IMG/VR virus record: IMGVR_UViG_3300020045_003434
Span: 1 to 29,487 of that record
Strand: one strand, 5' to 3'
From: a virus
Taxonomy: Duplodnaviria > Caudoviricetes
Length of the DNA stretch: 29,487 nucleotides
Below are positions 18,812 through 26,642 of the stretch, piece after piece (position 1 is the stretch's first letter; each line of letters opens with the position of its first letter). The translations under genes and the position numbers were made by a program. The notes under the pieces are model-generated. The model worked only from the letters and a program-made list of their open reading frames with translations. It was not told the origin of the DNA and searched no databases.

Positions 18812-19930
18812 TTATCTAATATTATTTATTTTATAACTTGAATCGTCAAATTTAATATTATAATTTATTTTATTTTTATTATTTAATCTAGTTTTACGCC
18901 CAAAATCGGTATCAGTTACATTTACTGGAAATTGATTATAAGTAAGATATGTACCTGTAGTACTAACATCTGAATCGACAGTTATTAAGATTGTATCTGC
19001 TGTATATACTGTTGAATCCACTGTTATTGAATATTCACCAGATATAGCGTCTCCCTTAAATTGAACTAGATATACTTTAGGACTATATAATATTTCCTCT
19101 ACCAACATACCCATACTTTCCAATAACATACCAGTATTTATTATATAACTTTGTCTAGTGTTTAAATTTAAATCTGAGAATTGGTGGTCTAAGTTTCTAT
19201 TTACTGATAATGGGTTTCTATATGTTCTAGCAAAATTATCTTTTTCTATTTTACTTGATACTATTACTTTTCCATTTGGAGTAAACGTATCCCATAATCC
19301 GGCTTTATTTAAATAAATTATTAAATATTGGTCCTCAGCACATCTTAAATTTGATGTATCAGGAAAATATGAAGTTCTAGTTACCATAGTTGTAGTAGAC
19401 AAACTTCCAGATAAATTAATACTTGGTGTTGAATAACCAATGAATGGTGAATAATATTTATTTATATTAGTTGTGTAGAATCCATATGAACCATTATTAT
19501 AAGTGAATGTATCTTCACCTTCATAATTCCAATTATAACCAAGTGTTGCGAATCTAGTTGGAAATGTTTGAGTACCGATTAAAGAGCCAGATGAAAATAA
19601 TCTAGTTTGATACTGGTAATAAACACCTTCGTTTGATGTTGCTATATAAGTACCAAATAATAAAGAAGGGTCAATAAATGGTTTAATATAATCAGATAAC
19701 TCATATGTAATATAACTATCAGATACAGATACTTTATCTTTAACTAAGGTATAATTAGGTTCTGCATCAGTAGTGTAAGGTAAATCTAAATCACCTGACC
19801 ATATCCATAATTTAACTTCTGCTTGGTCAAATGATGCTGTATGAGTTATATTTATATGCTTTACTGAACCTACTAAATCAATACGATTATAGTCATCTAT
19901 TGATGTAGGTGGGAGTGTCATTTGTGGCAT
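18812..19930 (-). CDS. Tail structural protein (distal-tail-like)
   Basis: 372 aa; YLNK.G.WD...INTG...VEEILYS.KV pattern; position in the tail module. Confidence 0.55.
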   Translation of the reverse strand: MPQMTLPPTSIDDYNRIDLVGSVKHINITHTASFDQAEVKLWIWSGDLDLPYTTDAEPNYTLVKDKVSVSDSYITYELSDYIKPFIDPSLLFGTYIATSNEGVYYQYQTRLFSSGSLIGTQTFPTRFATLGYNWNYEGEDTFTYNNGSYGFYTTNINKYYSPFIGYSTPSINLSGSLSTTTMVTRTSYFPDTSNLRCAEDQYLIIYLNKAGLWDTFTPNGKVIVSSKIEKDNFARTYRNPLSVNRNLDHQFSDLNLNTRQSYIINTGMLLESMGMLVEEILYSPKVYLVQFKGDAISGEYSITVDSTVYTADTILITVDSDVSTTGTYLTYNQFPVNVTDTDFGRKTRLNNKNKINYNIKFDDSSYKINNIR

Positions 19931-20247
19931 TATTTTTTCTGTGTTATTGGGTTAAGAATATCTCCTACTATAGTATTGACTATATTATTTATACCTTTAT
20001 CTATATTTGATTTTACTGCTTTATCCATATATAAGGTACCTTGAAATGAACCATGTCCATCATTCAGCCATTTACCATATGATTTTTCAGTTATTACTAT
20101 CTGAAACTTATCATTACTAATAAACGTTGAATCGTATTTAATACTTCTATCTAATTGACCTGTTTTTTTATTAGGTAGAGCATTTCTCTTAGCATCACTT
20201 GCTATACTTTTACCTAAATTATCTAATTCATCTTGTACTGTACTCAT
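19930..20247 (-). CDS. Tail completion protein (HK97 gp10-like)
   Basis: TGQLDRSI...YGKWLNDG motif; start probably MSTVQ. Confidence 0.6.
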   Translation of the reverse strand: MSTVQDELDNLGKSIASDAKRNALPNKKTGQLDRSIKYDSTFISNDKFQIVITEKSYGKWLNDGHGSFQGTLYMDKAVKSNIDKGINNIVNTIVGDILNPITQKK

Positions 20248-20249
20248 TA

Positions 20250-20696
20250 TTAACAAGTTGTATCGTTTTCAATCTGAAATGTAATAGTGAATTGTTGTCC
20301 ATCTAATGTATTTTTACTTTCAAATCTAACTGGTCTAATTGTAGTTAAGGTAAGAATGTCTATTCCTAAATCATTATAATTATGTCTGATGTTATTAATA
20401 AATTTATTAGCTATATTTAGTGTTTCAGATAAGTTGTCTATTAAATTGGAACCAAATAATTTATCATTGATTAATTTAGGTTCAATATTTCTTTGCTGTA
20501 ATATAGTAATTATATAAGTAAAATTTAAATTTATATCAGCATTTTCTCCAATTGTGTAATCTATATTAATTAATGGATATATATTTTCCTTATTTAAATC
20601 AATATCAGATGTTTTTTCGAATGTCATTGTATTTACCAATGGATTCTCCTTAAACTTATCTACTACGAATTTAGTTGTTGCAAATAATTCATTCAT
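20250..20696 (-). CDS. Putative tail terminator
   Basis: 148 aa; DL.KENIYPL.NI...PVRF...LDG pattern; adjacent to the gp10-like gene. Confidence 0.55.
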   Translation of the reverse strand: MNELFATTKFVVDKFKENPLVNTMTFEKTSDIDLNKENIYPLINIDYTIGENADINLNFTYIITILQQRNIEPKLINDKLFGSNLIDNLSETLNIANKFINNIRHNYNDLGIDILTLTTIRPVRFESKNTLDGQQFTITFQIENDTTC

Positions 20697-20724
20697 TATA
20701 TTTTATTTTAAAAACAATTTAATA

Positions 20725-21003
20725 TTATCTTGTGGGTTTTATATTTTCTATTTTACGCTTACGTAGTAAATATTCACCCCAATAAAGGAATTGGTGAACA
20801 TTCATTTTAAATACTTTATCTATTTCCAGTATATTACCTTGAGATATTATATAAACTATTTCATTATATGGTCCATAGTAATCGATAAATTCTTGTCGTT
20901 CTGAGTATCCGAGACTTATACCACCATCATCTCCCCAATCGTCATCTTCTCCTCCTCCATAGATGAATTCATAAGTTGATTTAATTGATGAAAGCTGCTC
21001 CAA
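20725..21003 (-). CDS. -1 frameshift extension of the tail-assembly-chaperone-like gene (GT-type product)
   Basis: The frame begins at TTG inside the T8 run, is -1 relative to ORF 21500, and has no independent ATG start. Confidence 0.7.
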   Translation of the reverse strand: MEQLSSIKSTYEFIYGGGEDDDWGDDGGISLGYSERQEFIDYYGPYNEIVYIISQGNILEIDKVFKMNVHQFLYWGEYLLRKRKIENIKPTR

Positions 21004-21500
21004 AAAAAAGACATATATCCTTCTACTACTTCTAAATTTACTCTTTCGAATAGTTTATTATAACCATCATATTCAGCTATTTTATATTCACCTTTTTTAT
21101 TTACATTACCTATAATTGGTCTATAAACGATAGATGTTAGTGATATAAAATCTTTATTATCTAAACAATCATCCATATCAATTAATTCACCCGCAGTACA
21201 ATCATCAAAATTAGGTATGAATCCATATTGTATTCCATCCATCTGAATTATATTCAATCGTTTAGATTCGGGTTGAGTTAATACTAGGTTAATTTTAGCT
21301 ATTAATAATTCTATCTGATGTAGAGATAACTTTCTCATTGTTTTCAAATCTATTCCGTAAAATATTTTTAATATTCTTCGTTCAAGAAATTTAACATCGA
21401 TATTATCTCCTTCCTTAATCAATGATTGGAATTCATCAAAATCTTTAAAAAGCATATCTGCTTTGGTTTTGTAATCTTTTAAATCTAATTTTGTACTCAT
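20916..21500 (-). CDS. Tail-assembly-chaperone-like protein (G-type)
   Basis: 194 aa; YGFIPNFD..T.GE.ID.D...IVYRP; slippery TCT-TTT-TTT-TGG near the 3' end. Confidence 0.65.
   Translation of the reverse strand: MSTKLDLKDYKTKADMLFKDFDEFQSLIKEGDNIDVKFLERRILKIFYGIDLKTMRKLSLHQIELLIAKINLVLTQPESKRLNIIQMDGIQYGFIPNFDDCTAGELIDMDDCLDNKDFISLTSIVYRPIIGNVNKKGEYKIAEYDGYNKLFERVNLEVVEGYMSFFWSSFHQLNQLMNSSMEEEKMTIGEMMVV
21000..21010 (-). other. Programmed -1 frameshift slippery site (T-TTT-TTT)
   Basis: Eight T on the coding strand (21009-21002) fit X-XXY-YYZ in the correct frame. Confidence 0.7.
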
Positions 21501-21512
21501 ATTATATTAATT

Positions 21513-21592
21513 ATCAGCGATTTAAGGCGATTTAACGCATTATTATTTATTTTATATAGTAGGTGGTGATTTGGAATAGACATGCGTTAAAT
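21513..21592. repeat. Dispersed periodic repeat with a partial inverted arm
   Basis: ATCAGCGATTTAAGGCGATTTAACGCAT (tandem 10-mers) ... ATGCGTTAAAT (21582-21592). Confidence 0.85.
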
Positions 21593-22801
21593 ACTATATA
21601 TTCCAGTTGATTTAGTATTATTATAACTTAGAACGTATCTAAGTGGGTCAATAGTATGATTCCAACTATCTATAAATAATTGAGATGCTTTATTAGCGTA
21701 ACAGAAATTATTAAATTCCTTAGCTATATTACTACTATTTTCTTCAACTATTATTTCGTAATCTAAAATCAATGCCATACCTGAGTTCACACTACCAGGT
21801 CCTTTAAGTGCACCTTGTATATTACATCCTTGTCGTTTAAGTTCTTCAATTAATCTAGGTTCAGCACTATCAGCAATTATCAATTTATTACCACATATAG
21901 TTTTGTTTATTTGAGTTATTTCTGTTGTAGTTAATCCAGGTTTATATAAGTGTTCTTTTACATACACTTTTCTATGTTTAATATCTATAGCAACTTCAAT
22001 TAATGTGGTTGGGTCAATACTAAATCCATAATCTTGTCCAAATAATGTTTGTAAACCATCAGGATTGAATTTACCAAATTTCCAATTAGTAATAACTACA
22101 CCCTCAGCTTTATCTAACCATCCTCCCATTACGATATGTTTGAATTTATCTGGATTAGATAATTTCATTTTTTCAACTTCCAATAAGAATGATTCAGCTA
22201 GATTCTCAACATTATCTAAATAAGTAGTATGGATATAGGTATTATTATTTTGAGTTCCATTCCACCCACCTTCAACACCATTATCTTGAAAGAATTTATT
22301 ATATATAAAATGTTCTTTAGTTGCTGGATTTAATATTAATACTACTCTGTTTTGGATTCCTAATTTTCTTATAGATAGATTTATTTTATCAAATATTTCT
22401 TCATCAACTAATTCTTCTGCTTCATCTAGAATCCATGTTGTTACACCCTGAAGTGATTTAAGATTAGCGGTTTGGTCACCTGATGATGTTTTTATTCCTT
22501 TAAATATAATTTTACTACCAGTTACTTTACATATTATTTCATCATTTGTTATTTCAAATTGGTCTATCATTCCTAGTAATTCCAATTTATTAGCGAATTC
22601 AGGTATAATAGATATTTTAGCAGATGACATTGTATATCTAGTAAATAATATAGTATGACCTCTTTCGAATAACATAAGTAATACAATCCACATAGTAATA
22701 GAGAATGATTTACCTGACCCTCTACCACCAGTACATATATAATATCTACTTTTACTACTGAATAATGGTCTATATTTTTTATGTAATTTAGTTTTATTCA
22801 C
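21587..22801 (-). CDS. terL: Terminase large subunit (PBSX-type)
   Basis: Walker A GGRGSGKS, Walker B WILDEAEE, LNP coupling motif, HTTYLDN; nuclease GQDYGFSIDPT, ADSAEP and NHTIDPLRY. Confidence 0.97.
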   Translation of the reverse strand: MNKTKLHKKYRPLFSSKSRYYICTGGRGSGKSFSITMWIVLLMLFERGHTILFTRYTMSSAKISIIPEFANKLELLGMIDQFEITNDEIICKVTGSKIIFKGIKTSSGDQTANLKSLQGVTTWILDEAEELVDEEIFDKINLSIRKLGIQNRVVLILNPATKEHFIYNKFFQDNGVEGGWNGTQNNNTYIHTTYLDNVENLAESFLLEVEKMKLSNPDKFKHIVMGGWLDKAEGVVITNWKFGKFNPDGLQTLFGQDYGFSIDPTTLIEVAIDIKHRKVYVKEHLYKPGLTTTEITQINKTICGNKLIIADSAEPRLIEELKRQGCNIQGALKGPGSVNSGMALILDYEIIVEENSSNIAKEFNNFCYANKASQLFIDSWNHTIDPLRYVLSYNNTKSTGIYSI

Positions 22802-23078
22802 TGAAATCTAATAAGTCTGATAATGTTACTCCATCTGGTCCGAAACTATGATTTGTATTTTGTTCAATTGTTGTTTTTGGAAGACCATATCTATAACTTA
22901 ACCATGTTTTAATAGCTGTATTATCTCCTAATACTGCTTTATCATATAATTTTTGCCATACCTCAGCTGAATCAGATATATTCTCCATCATCTCTATTAG
23001 TTTTATTTCATCTGCTTTTGGTTTACGCCCAGCAAATCCTTTAGTGCTGTGTCCTCCATTATTAGCTCGTTTATCCAT
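22794..23078 (-). CDS. terS: Terminase small subunit
   Basis: Directly upstream of and overlapping terL; RANNGGHSTKGFAGRKPK...GD..AIK.WLSYRYG.P pattern. Confidence 0.75.
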   Translation of the reverse strand: MDKRANNGGHSTKGFAGRKPKADEIKLIEMMENISDSAEVWQKLYDKAVLGDNTAIKTWLSYRYGLPKTTIEQNTNHSFGPDGVTLSDLLDFSE

Positions 23079-23114
23079 TTGGATTTAATTTAGATTAATT
23101 ATTTAATTTTGTTG

Positions 23115-23537
23115 TTATGAAAACCAATTCATTGTAATTATACCTGTATATTTAGATTTAATATTATCTTTAATACGATTTAATTCTTCAGGAGTAAATT
23201 CATATACTTCTTCATTTAGGAATTTATAAATTTCATCAAATAACCATCCTGTTAAATAAGCTTCAGGTTCGTCATTATTGATATCTACTTCCATTGCACA
23301 ATCTCTATAGATATAATTTTTGATATGAACTATTTCATGTGCTATATTTGATAAATGTTTTTTATCCGTAAACGCAACTATATAATGTCTATATTCAGAT
23401 TCATCATCAAATGTTACGGCTCCATATCCTTCTAGTGATTTCGTTTTATATTCTTGTTCTATCCAATTTAAATTAGTAGTTTCGAACATTGTTAATGTAG
23501 CACAATATGGATTAATTGAAATCGTTTTTTGTCTCAT
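23115..23537 (-). CDS. HExxH zinc-metallopeptidase-like protein (start probably MRQK at 23537)
   Basis: IAHEIVH...NDEPEAYLTGW motif. Confidence 0.65.
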   Translation of the reverse strand: MRQKTISINPYCATLTMFETTNLNWIEQEYKTKSLEGYGAVTFDDESEYRHYIVAFTDKKHLSNIAHEIVHIKNYIYRDCAMEVDINNDEPEAYLTGWLFDEIYKFLNEEVYEFTPEELNRIKDNIKSKYTGIITMNWFS

Positions 23538-23538
23538 A

Positions 23539-23781
23539 TTACATATGGTGTTTTCTATTTTCGTCCTGAATTTTATATTTCTTATTATAATTATCAATTA
23601 TTATTTTAGCCGCGCTGATATATTCTTTGAGTGATATATCTTGTTCAGGTAATTCAATCGTTTTGTAGCTGAATAATGATATTTTGTAGTATATTTTTAC
23701 TATTATTTTTATTTCATCATCCTTTGTTTTATATAATTTTTGTTTTATAAAACTTCCATTGTAGTACTTATATCCAAACAT
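23539..23781 (-). CDS. Hypothetical protein
   Basis: 80-aa ORF, TAATG-coupled to the upstream gene. Confidence 0.6.
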   Translation of the reverse strand: MFGYKYYNGSFIKQKLYKTKDDEIKIIVKIYYKISLFSYKTIELPEQDISLKEYISAAKIIIDNYNKKYKIQDENRKHHM

Positions 23782-24047
23782 TATAATTGTTGATATTGAA
23801 TTAATAATTGTAATTTTTCTTGCATTTTGATGTGTTTATCTCTACATTCACATATTTCCTCCATTGTGTCGAATATAATATTATATAAGTTGGTAAATGA
23901 TTCAATATCTTGTATTGGAGTGGTAAATGATTGTATATAATTAATTGATTCTAAACTCAATTCTGGACGACCTATTTTTAGAAATGGAAATAATTGTTCC
24001 ATTGTTTGTTTATGTTGTAATGAATTGATTTTGCGTTGATTTTCCAT
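23781..24047 (-). CDS. Hypothetical protein, paralogue of the C-terminal part of 25137-25538
   Basis: FPFL...LYNIIF.....CEC versus FPFL...LYNKTF.....CSC. Confidence 0.7.
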   Translation of the reverse strand: MENQRKINSLQHKQTMEQLFPFLKIGRPELSLESINYIQSFTTPIQDIESFTNLYNIIFDTMEEICECRDKHIKMQEKLQLLIQYQQL

Positions 24048-24048
24048 A

Positions 24049-24555
24049 TTATTTATTTATACCTAATTGTTTTTTTATTTTTACCATACTAGTAATCAGT
24101 GATTGATATGATATTCCTGATTCTCTACTTAATTGACGTAAACTCATTGTTTGTGAATATTCTAATATTTTTTTATGATACCATTCTAATCCATTTATCC
24201 TATCTTCCATTATATCATATAATTTTTCATCTTCTATTTTTTCGAAATATATATCTTCAATATCATCTATTATTTCAGGAAAAGATACTTCATAATCCGC
24301 ACCTCCTCTATCATATCTATTAGTATCATATTGTTGGTGATTTCTTAATGCATTTCTTAATGCAACTGATACTAATCCACCATCAATTCGTTTCATAGGA
24401 TATTTAGTAAAATATTTATGTAATTGAAGGTATACATTCTGAACTAAATCATCCGCTAATTCAGCATCTTTTATTAATATTCTTGCATGATTTCTAATAA
24501 TACTATCATATTTTGCAAGTTCATGAATAGAAGAGATATTTTTTATGGTATTCAT
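24049..24555 (-). CDS. ECF/sigma-70-like RNA polymerase sigma factor (sigma B)
   Basis: Region-2-like DAELADDLVQNVYLQL...ALRN and region-4 HTH LEWYHKKIL...MSLRQLSRESGISYQSL...KIKKQL. Confidence 0.8.
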   Translation of the reverse strand: MNTIKNISSIHELAKYDSIIRNHARILIKDAELADDLVQNVYLQLHKYFTKYPMKRIDGGLVSVALRNALRNHQQYDTNRYDRGGADYEVSFPEIIDDIEDIYFEKIEDEKLYDIMEDRINGLEWYHKKILEYSQTMSLRQLSRESGISYQSLITSMVKIKKQLGINK

Positions 24556-24570
24556 TTATTATATTTTGAT

Positions 24571-24605
24571 ATAAATATTGAGAGAAATATCGAAAATACA
24601 GAGAA
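24571..24605 (-). promoter_or_regulatory. TTCTC-N23-TATTTAT motif upstream of sigma B
   Basis: Plus strand ATAAATA 24571-24577, 23 nt, GAGAA 24601-24605. Confidence 0.75.
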
Positions 24606-24610
24606 AGTGT

Positions 24611-24697
24611 CTAATTGACACTCTTCTGCGTTTTCTTTAATTTTTTCTTATATAATTTGTCGAATAGTTTTAATAATGCAATATTTTTTTCACTCAT
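24611..24697 (-). CDS. Possible small basic peptide (28 aa)
   Basis: MSEKNIALLKLFDKLYKKKLKKTQKSVN*, starting 1 nt after the previous stop; its end overlaps the hairpin AGTGTC-TAATT-GACACT. Confidence 0.35.
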   Translation of the reverse strand: MSEKNIALLKLFDKLYKKKLKKTQKSVN

Positions 24698-24698
24698 A

Positions 24699-24953
24699 TT
24701 ATTTCTTTTTAAGTTTATATGTTGATTTTTTATCTTTAATTATTACTGGATTAGCTTCATTAAAAATTATTGTTTCTTCATCAGCCTTTTGTTTAAGTTC
24801 TAGAAATGGAATAGAATAGGTAACATCTTCGAATTCGAAATTAATTACATCAGTATCTAATTGAGATGATTGTTCTTCAGGTGTTGTAGAGTTATAATAA
24901 TATTTAAGAAGAAAGATATGTAAATATGGATTATTTTGATTTGGATTTGGCAT
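24699..24953 (-). CDS. Hypothetical protein
   Basis: 84-aa ORF with an A-rich leader. Confidence 0.65.
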   Translation of the reverse strand: MPNPNQNNPYLHIFLLKYYYNSTTPEEQSSQLDTDVINFEFEDVTYSIPFLELKQKADEETIIFNEANPVIIKDKKSTYKLKKK

Positions 24954-24996
24954 AGTTTTTGATTTTAATATAAGTATATGATTTATAATTTGTTGC

Positions 24997-25027
24997 GCGT
25001 TAAATCGCCTTATCTCGCTGATTATCG
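24997..25027 (+). repeat. Dispersed periodic repeat copy
   Basis: GCGTTAAATCGCCTTATCTCGCTGATTATCG. Confidence 0.9.
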
Positions 25028-25030
25028 ATA

Positions 25031-25150
25031 TTATTTAATGTAGTTGTTAATGAAGTGTATTATTCCGTTTATTATAAGATATAAATTAACTGATACTATA
25101 GTTGTCATTGTCAATCTTGCTAGGTAGTAATCGAATTTATACCAATTCAT
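25031..25150 (-). CDS. Possible small hydrophobic peptide (39 aa)
   Basis: MNWYKFDYYLARLTMTTIVSVNLYLIINGIIHFINNYIK*, overlapping the upstream stop. Confidence 0.4.
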   Translation of the reverse strand: MNWYKFDYYLARLTMTTIVSVNLYLIINGIIHFINNYIK

Positions 25151-25538
25151 CGTTAGAAGCATATTTAACTAAATATAAATTATATAGTTTATTAATACAA
25201 TCGATGAAGATGTGAGGACAACTACAATATTCAGTTTTAGAATTAAATGTTTTGTTGTATAATATTAGCATTTTTCTAGCGACATCTGATTCTATTTGTC
25301 TCAGTGTTTTTAAATATTTAATAAACTCAATTTCATCTTCGTTTATTTCATTTGCTTGTCCCAAGAATGGGAACCATTTATTTAATTCCTGTCTTCTTTC
25401 CTCACACTTAGGACATGTCTCTATTCCTAGAAAATTAGTAACTACTTTAACTACATCTCCTAAACCTGAAATTGTATTAACTTCAGGTAATTGATGAATT
25501 TCTGGTTGTTCTTTAATTATTACTTTTTTTCGAGCCAT
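25137..25538 (-). CDS. Cys-rich hypothetical protein (GLGD...CxxC...CxC)
   Basis: SGLGDVV..VT..LGI..CPKCEERR..LN..FPF, with C-terminal CSC...C. Confidence 0.75.
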   Translation of the reverse strand: MARKKVIIKEQPEIHQLPEVNTISGLGDVVKVVTNFLGIETCPKCEERRQELNKWFPFLGQANEINEDEIEFIKYLKTLRQIESDVARKMLILYNKTFNSKTEYCSCPHIFIDCINKLYNLYLVKYASNDELV

Positions 25539-25539
25539 A

Positions 25540-25641
25540 TTATTTATTTTCGAATTTTAATTTAACTGAATAGTATTGTTTTAGTATATTATCTATTCTT
25601 TCGTTTTGTTCTTTATAGAATTGTTTAATTTCTGGTGTCAT
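25540..25641 (-). CDS. Small peptide (33 aa), not in the ORF track
   Basis: MTPEIKQFYKEQNERIDNILKQYYSVKLKFENK*, directly downstream of a TTCTC-class motif. Confidence 0.6.
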   Translation of the reverse strand: MTPEIKQFYKEQNERIDNILKQYYSVKLKFENK

Positions 25642-25658
25642 GGTTATATTATTTTGGT

Positions 25659-25693
25659 ATAAATATTAAAAGATTTATTAAGAATGCGGAGAA
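25659..25693 (-). promoter_or_regulatory. TTCTC-N23-TATTTAT motif
   Basis: ATAAATA 25659-25665, 23 nt, GAGAA 25689-25693. Confidence 0.75.
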
Positions 25694-25698
25694 AGTTA

Positions 25699-26130
25699 TT
25701 AATTTTGTAATTCTCTTTGTTTTAAATGTTTTAAATCATATTTTGTTGCGAATAATTGTACAAAATCTTTTACAGTAATCCTAGTTCCCATAGTCTTCCA
25801 TTTACCATTTATGTAAATTTTATTAATTATACAATCAGCTAATAGAATTTGTTTATCATCAGCTGAATGGTGAGCAAATATGACTATACCTACATTACCA
25901 GGAATCTTATTCCAAGAATTTACTATTCGAGTTGTGACTAATTCTTGTCCTACTGTAATTTGTTTATGATTTTCTTTTACTTCGCCTAAAATAAGGAATT
26001 TAGAATATAATTCGAATACAAAGTCTATATCCGTGGCTGTACAAGCTCCACCTACGTTATCAAAAATTATTGGGCGAGATAGTTTTTCTAGATTTCTTAC
26101 TAGTGTTTGTGTTGTTGGTTGTGTTGACAT
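25699..26130 (-). CDS. PD-(D/E)xK nuclease-fold protein
   Basis: TDIDFVFE......LGEVK......GQ motif. Confidence 0.6.
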   Translation of the reverse strand: MSTQPTTQTLVRNLEKLSRPIIFDNVGGACTATDIDFVFELYSKFLILGEVKENHKQITVGQELVTTRIVNSWNKIPGNVGIVIFAHHSADDKQILLADCIINKIYINGKWKTMGTRITVKDFVQLFATKYDLKHLKQRELQN

Positions 26131-26159
26131 TTGTTTTGTTTGTTTTATTGTTTGTGACG

Positions 26160-26194
26160 ATAAATACCACGAAAGAAAACAAACTTATGGAGAA
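26160..26194 (-). promoter_or_regulatory. TTCTC-N23-TATTTAT motif
   Basis: ATAAATA 26160-26166, 23 nt, GAGAA 26190-26194. Confidence 0.75.
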
Positions 26195-26195
26195 A

Positions 26196-26263
26196 GAAAA
26201 AAGCCTACATTTCTGTAGGCTAATGGAATAAAATATGAAGATTGGTTTTTATTATTAATGTTT
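26196..26263 (-). ncRNA. Candidate ~65-nt small RNA
   Basis: Lies between a TTCTC-class motif (26270-26304) and a strong terminator; contains no ORF. Confidence 0.4.
26197..26221 (-). terminator. Intrinsic terminator
   Basis: Minus strand AGCCTACA-GAAA-TGTAGGCT-TTTTT. Confidence 0.85.
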
Positions 26264-26269
26264 GTGATT

Positions 26270-26304
26270 ATAAATATAATAAATTCTTTTAAACTTAAAG
26301 AGAA
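26270..26304 (-). promoter_or_regulatory. TTCTC-N23-TATTTAT motif
   Basis: ATAAATA 26270-26276, 23 nt, GAGAA 26300-26304. Confidence 0.75.
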
Positions 26305-26309
26305 GGAAT

Positions 26310-26402
26310 TTATTTATGTATTTTATTTGGATATTTTTCTTCAATCCAAAATCTTAATACTATTAATAGTAATATAATTAACCCTATTATGAGAATTTTC
26401 AT
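26310..26402 (-). CDS. Small single-TM peptide (30 aa)
   Basis: MKILIIGLIILLLIVLRFWIEEKYPNKIHK*, with an ATGA overlap with the upstream ORF. Confidence 0.55.
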   Translation of the reverse strand: MKILIIGLIILLLIVLRFWIEEKYPNKIHK

Positions 26403-26578
26403 GAGAATTTATGTTTAATTTTTATTTTATTATTTGATTCTTTATATCCTAATATTATAGGAATATCAGAGAATGGAATTTCATATCCTAGAAATTTATG
26501 GAATTTATTTAATTCCGAAATTACATCTATTTGATATGATTCTGGTTGATTTAAATGCATTGCTAATGAATATCGCAT
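26399..26578 (-). CDS. Small hypothetical protein (59 aa; alternative start 26560)
   Basis: MRYSLAMHLNQPESYQIDVISELNKFHKFLGYEIPFSDIPIILGYKESNNKIKIKHKFS* (TGA stop). Confidence 0.5.
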   Translation of the reverse strand: MRYSLAMHLNQPESYQIDVISELNKFHKFLGYEIPFSDIPIILGYKESNNKIKIKHKFS

Positions 26579-26634
26579 ATTTGGGTGATTTATAATTTAT
26601 TACGCGTTAAATCGCTTTATTTCGCTGATTATCG
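26577..26634 (+). repeat. Dispersed periodic repeat copy with the TATTTGGGTGATTTATA core
   Basis: ATATTTGGGTGATTTATA...GCGTTAAATCGCTTTATTTCGCTGATTATCG; the core is shared with 27416-27433. Confidence 0.9.
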
Positions 26635-26642
26635 CGTGATTA

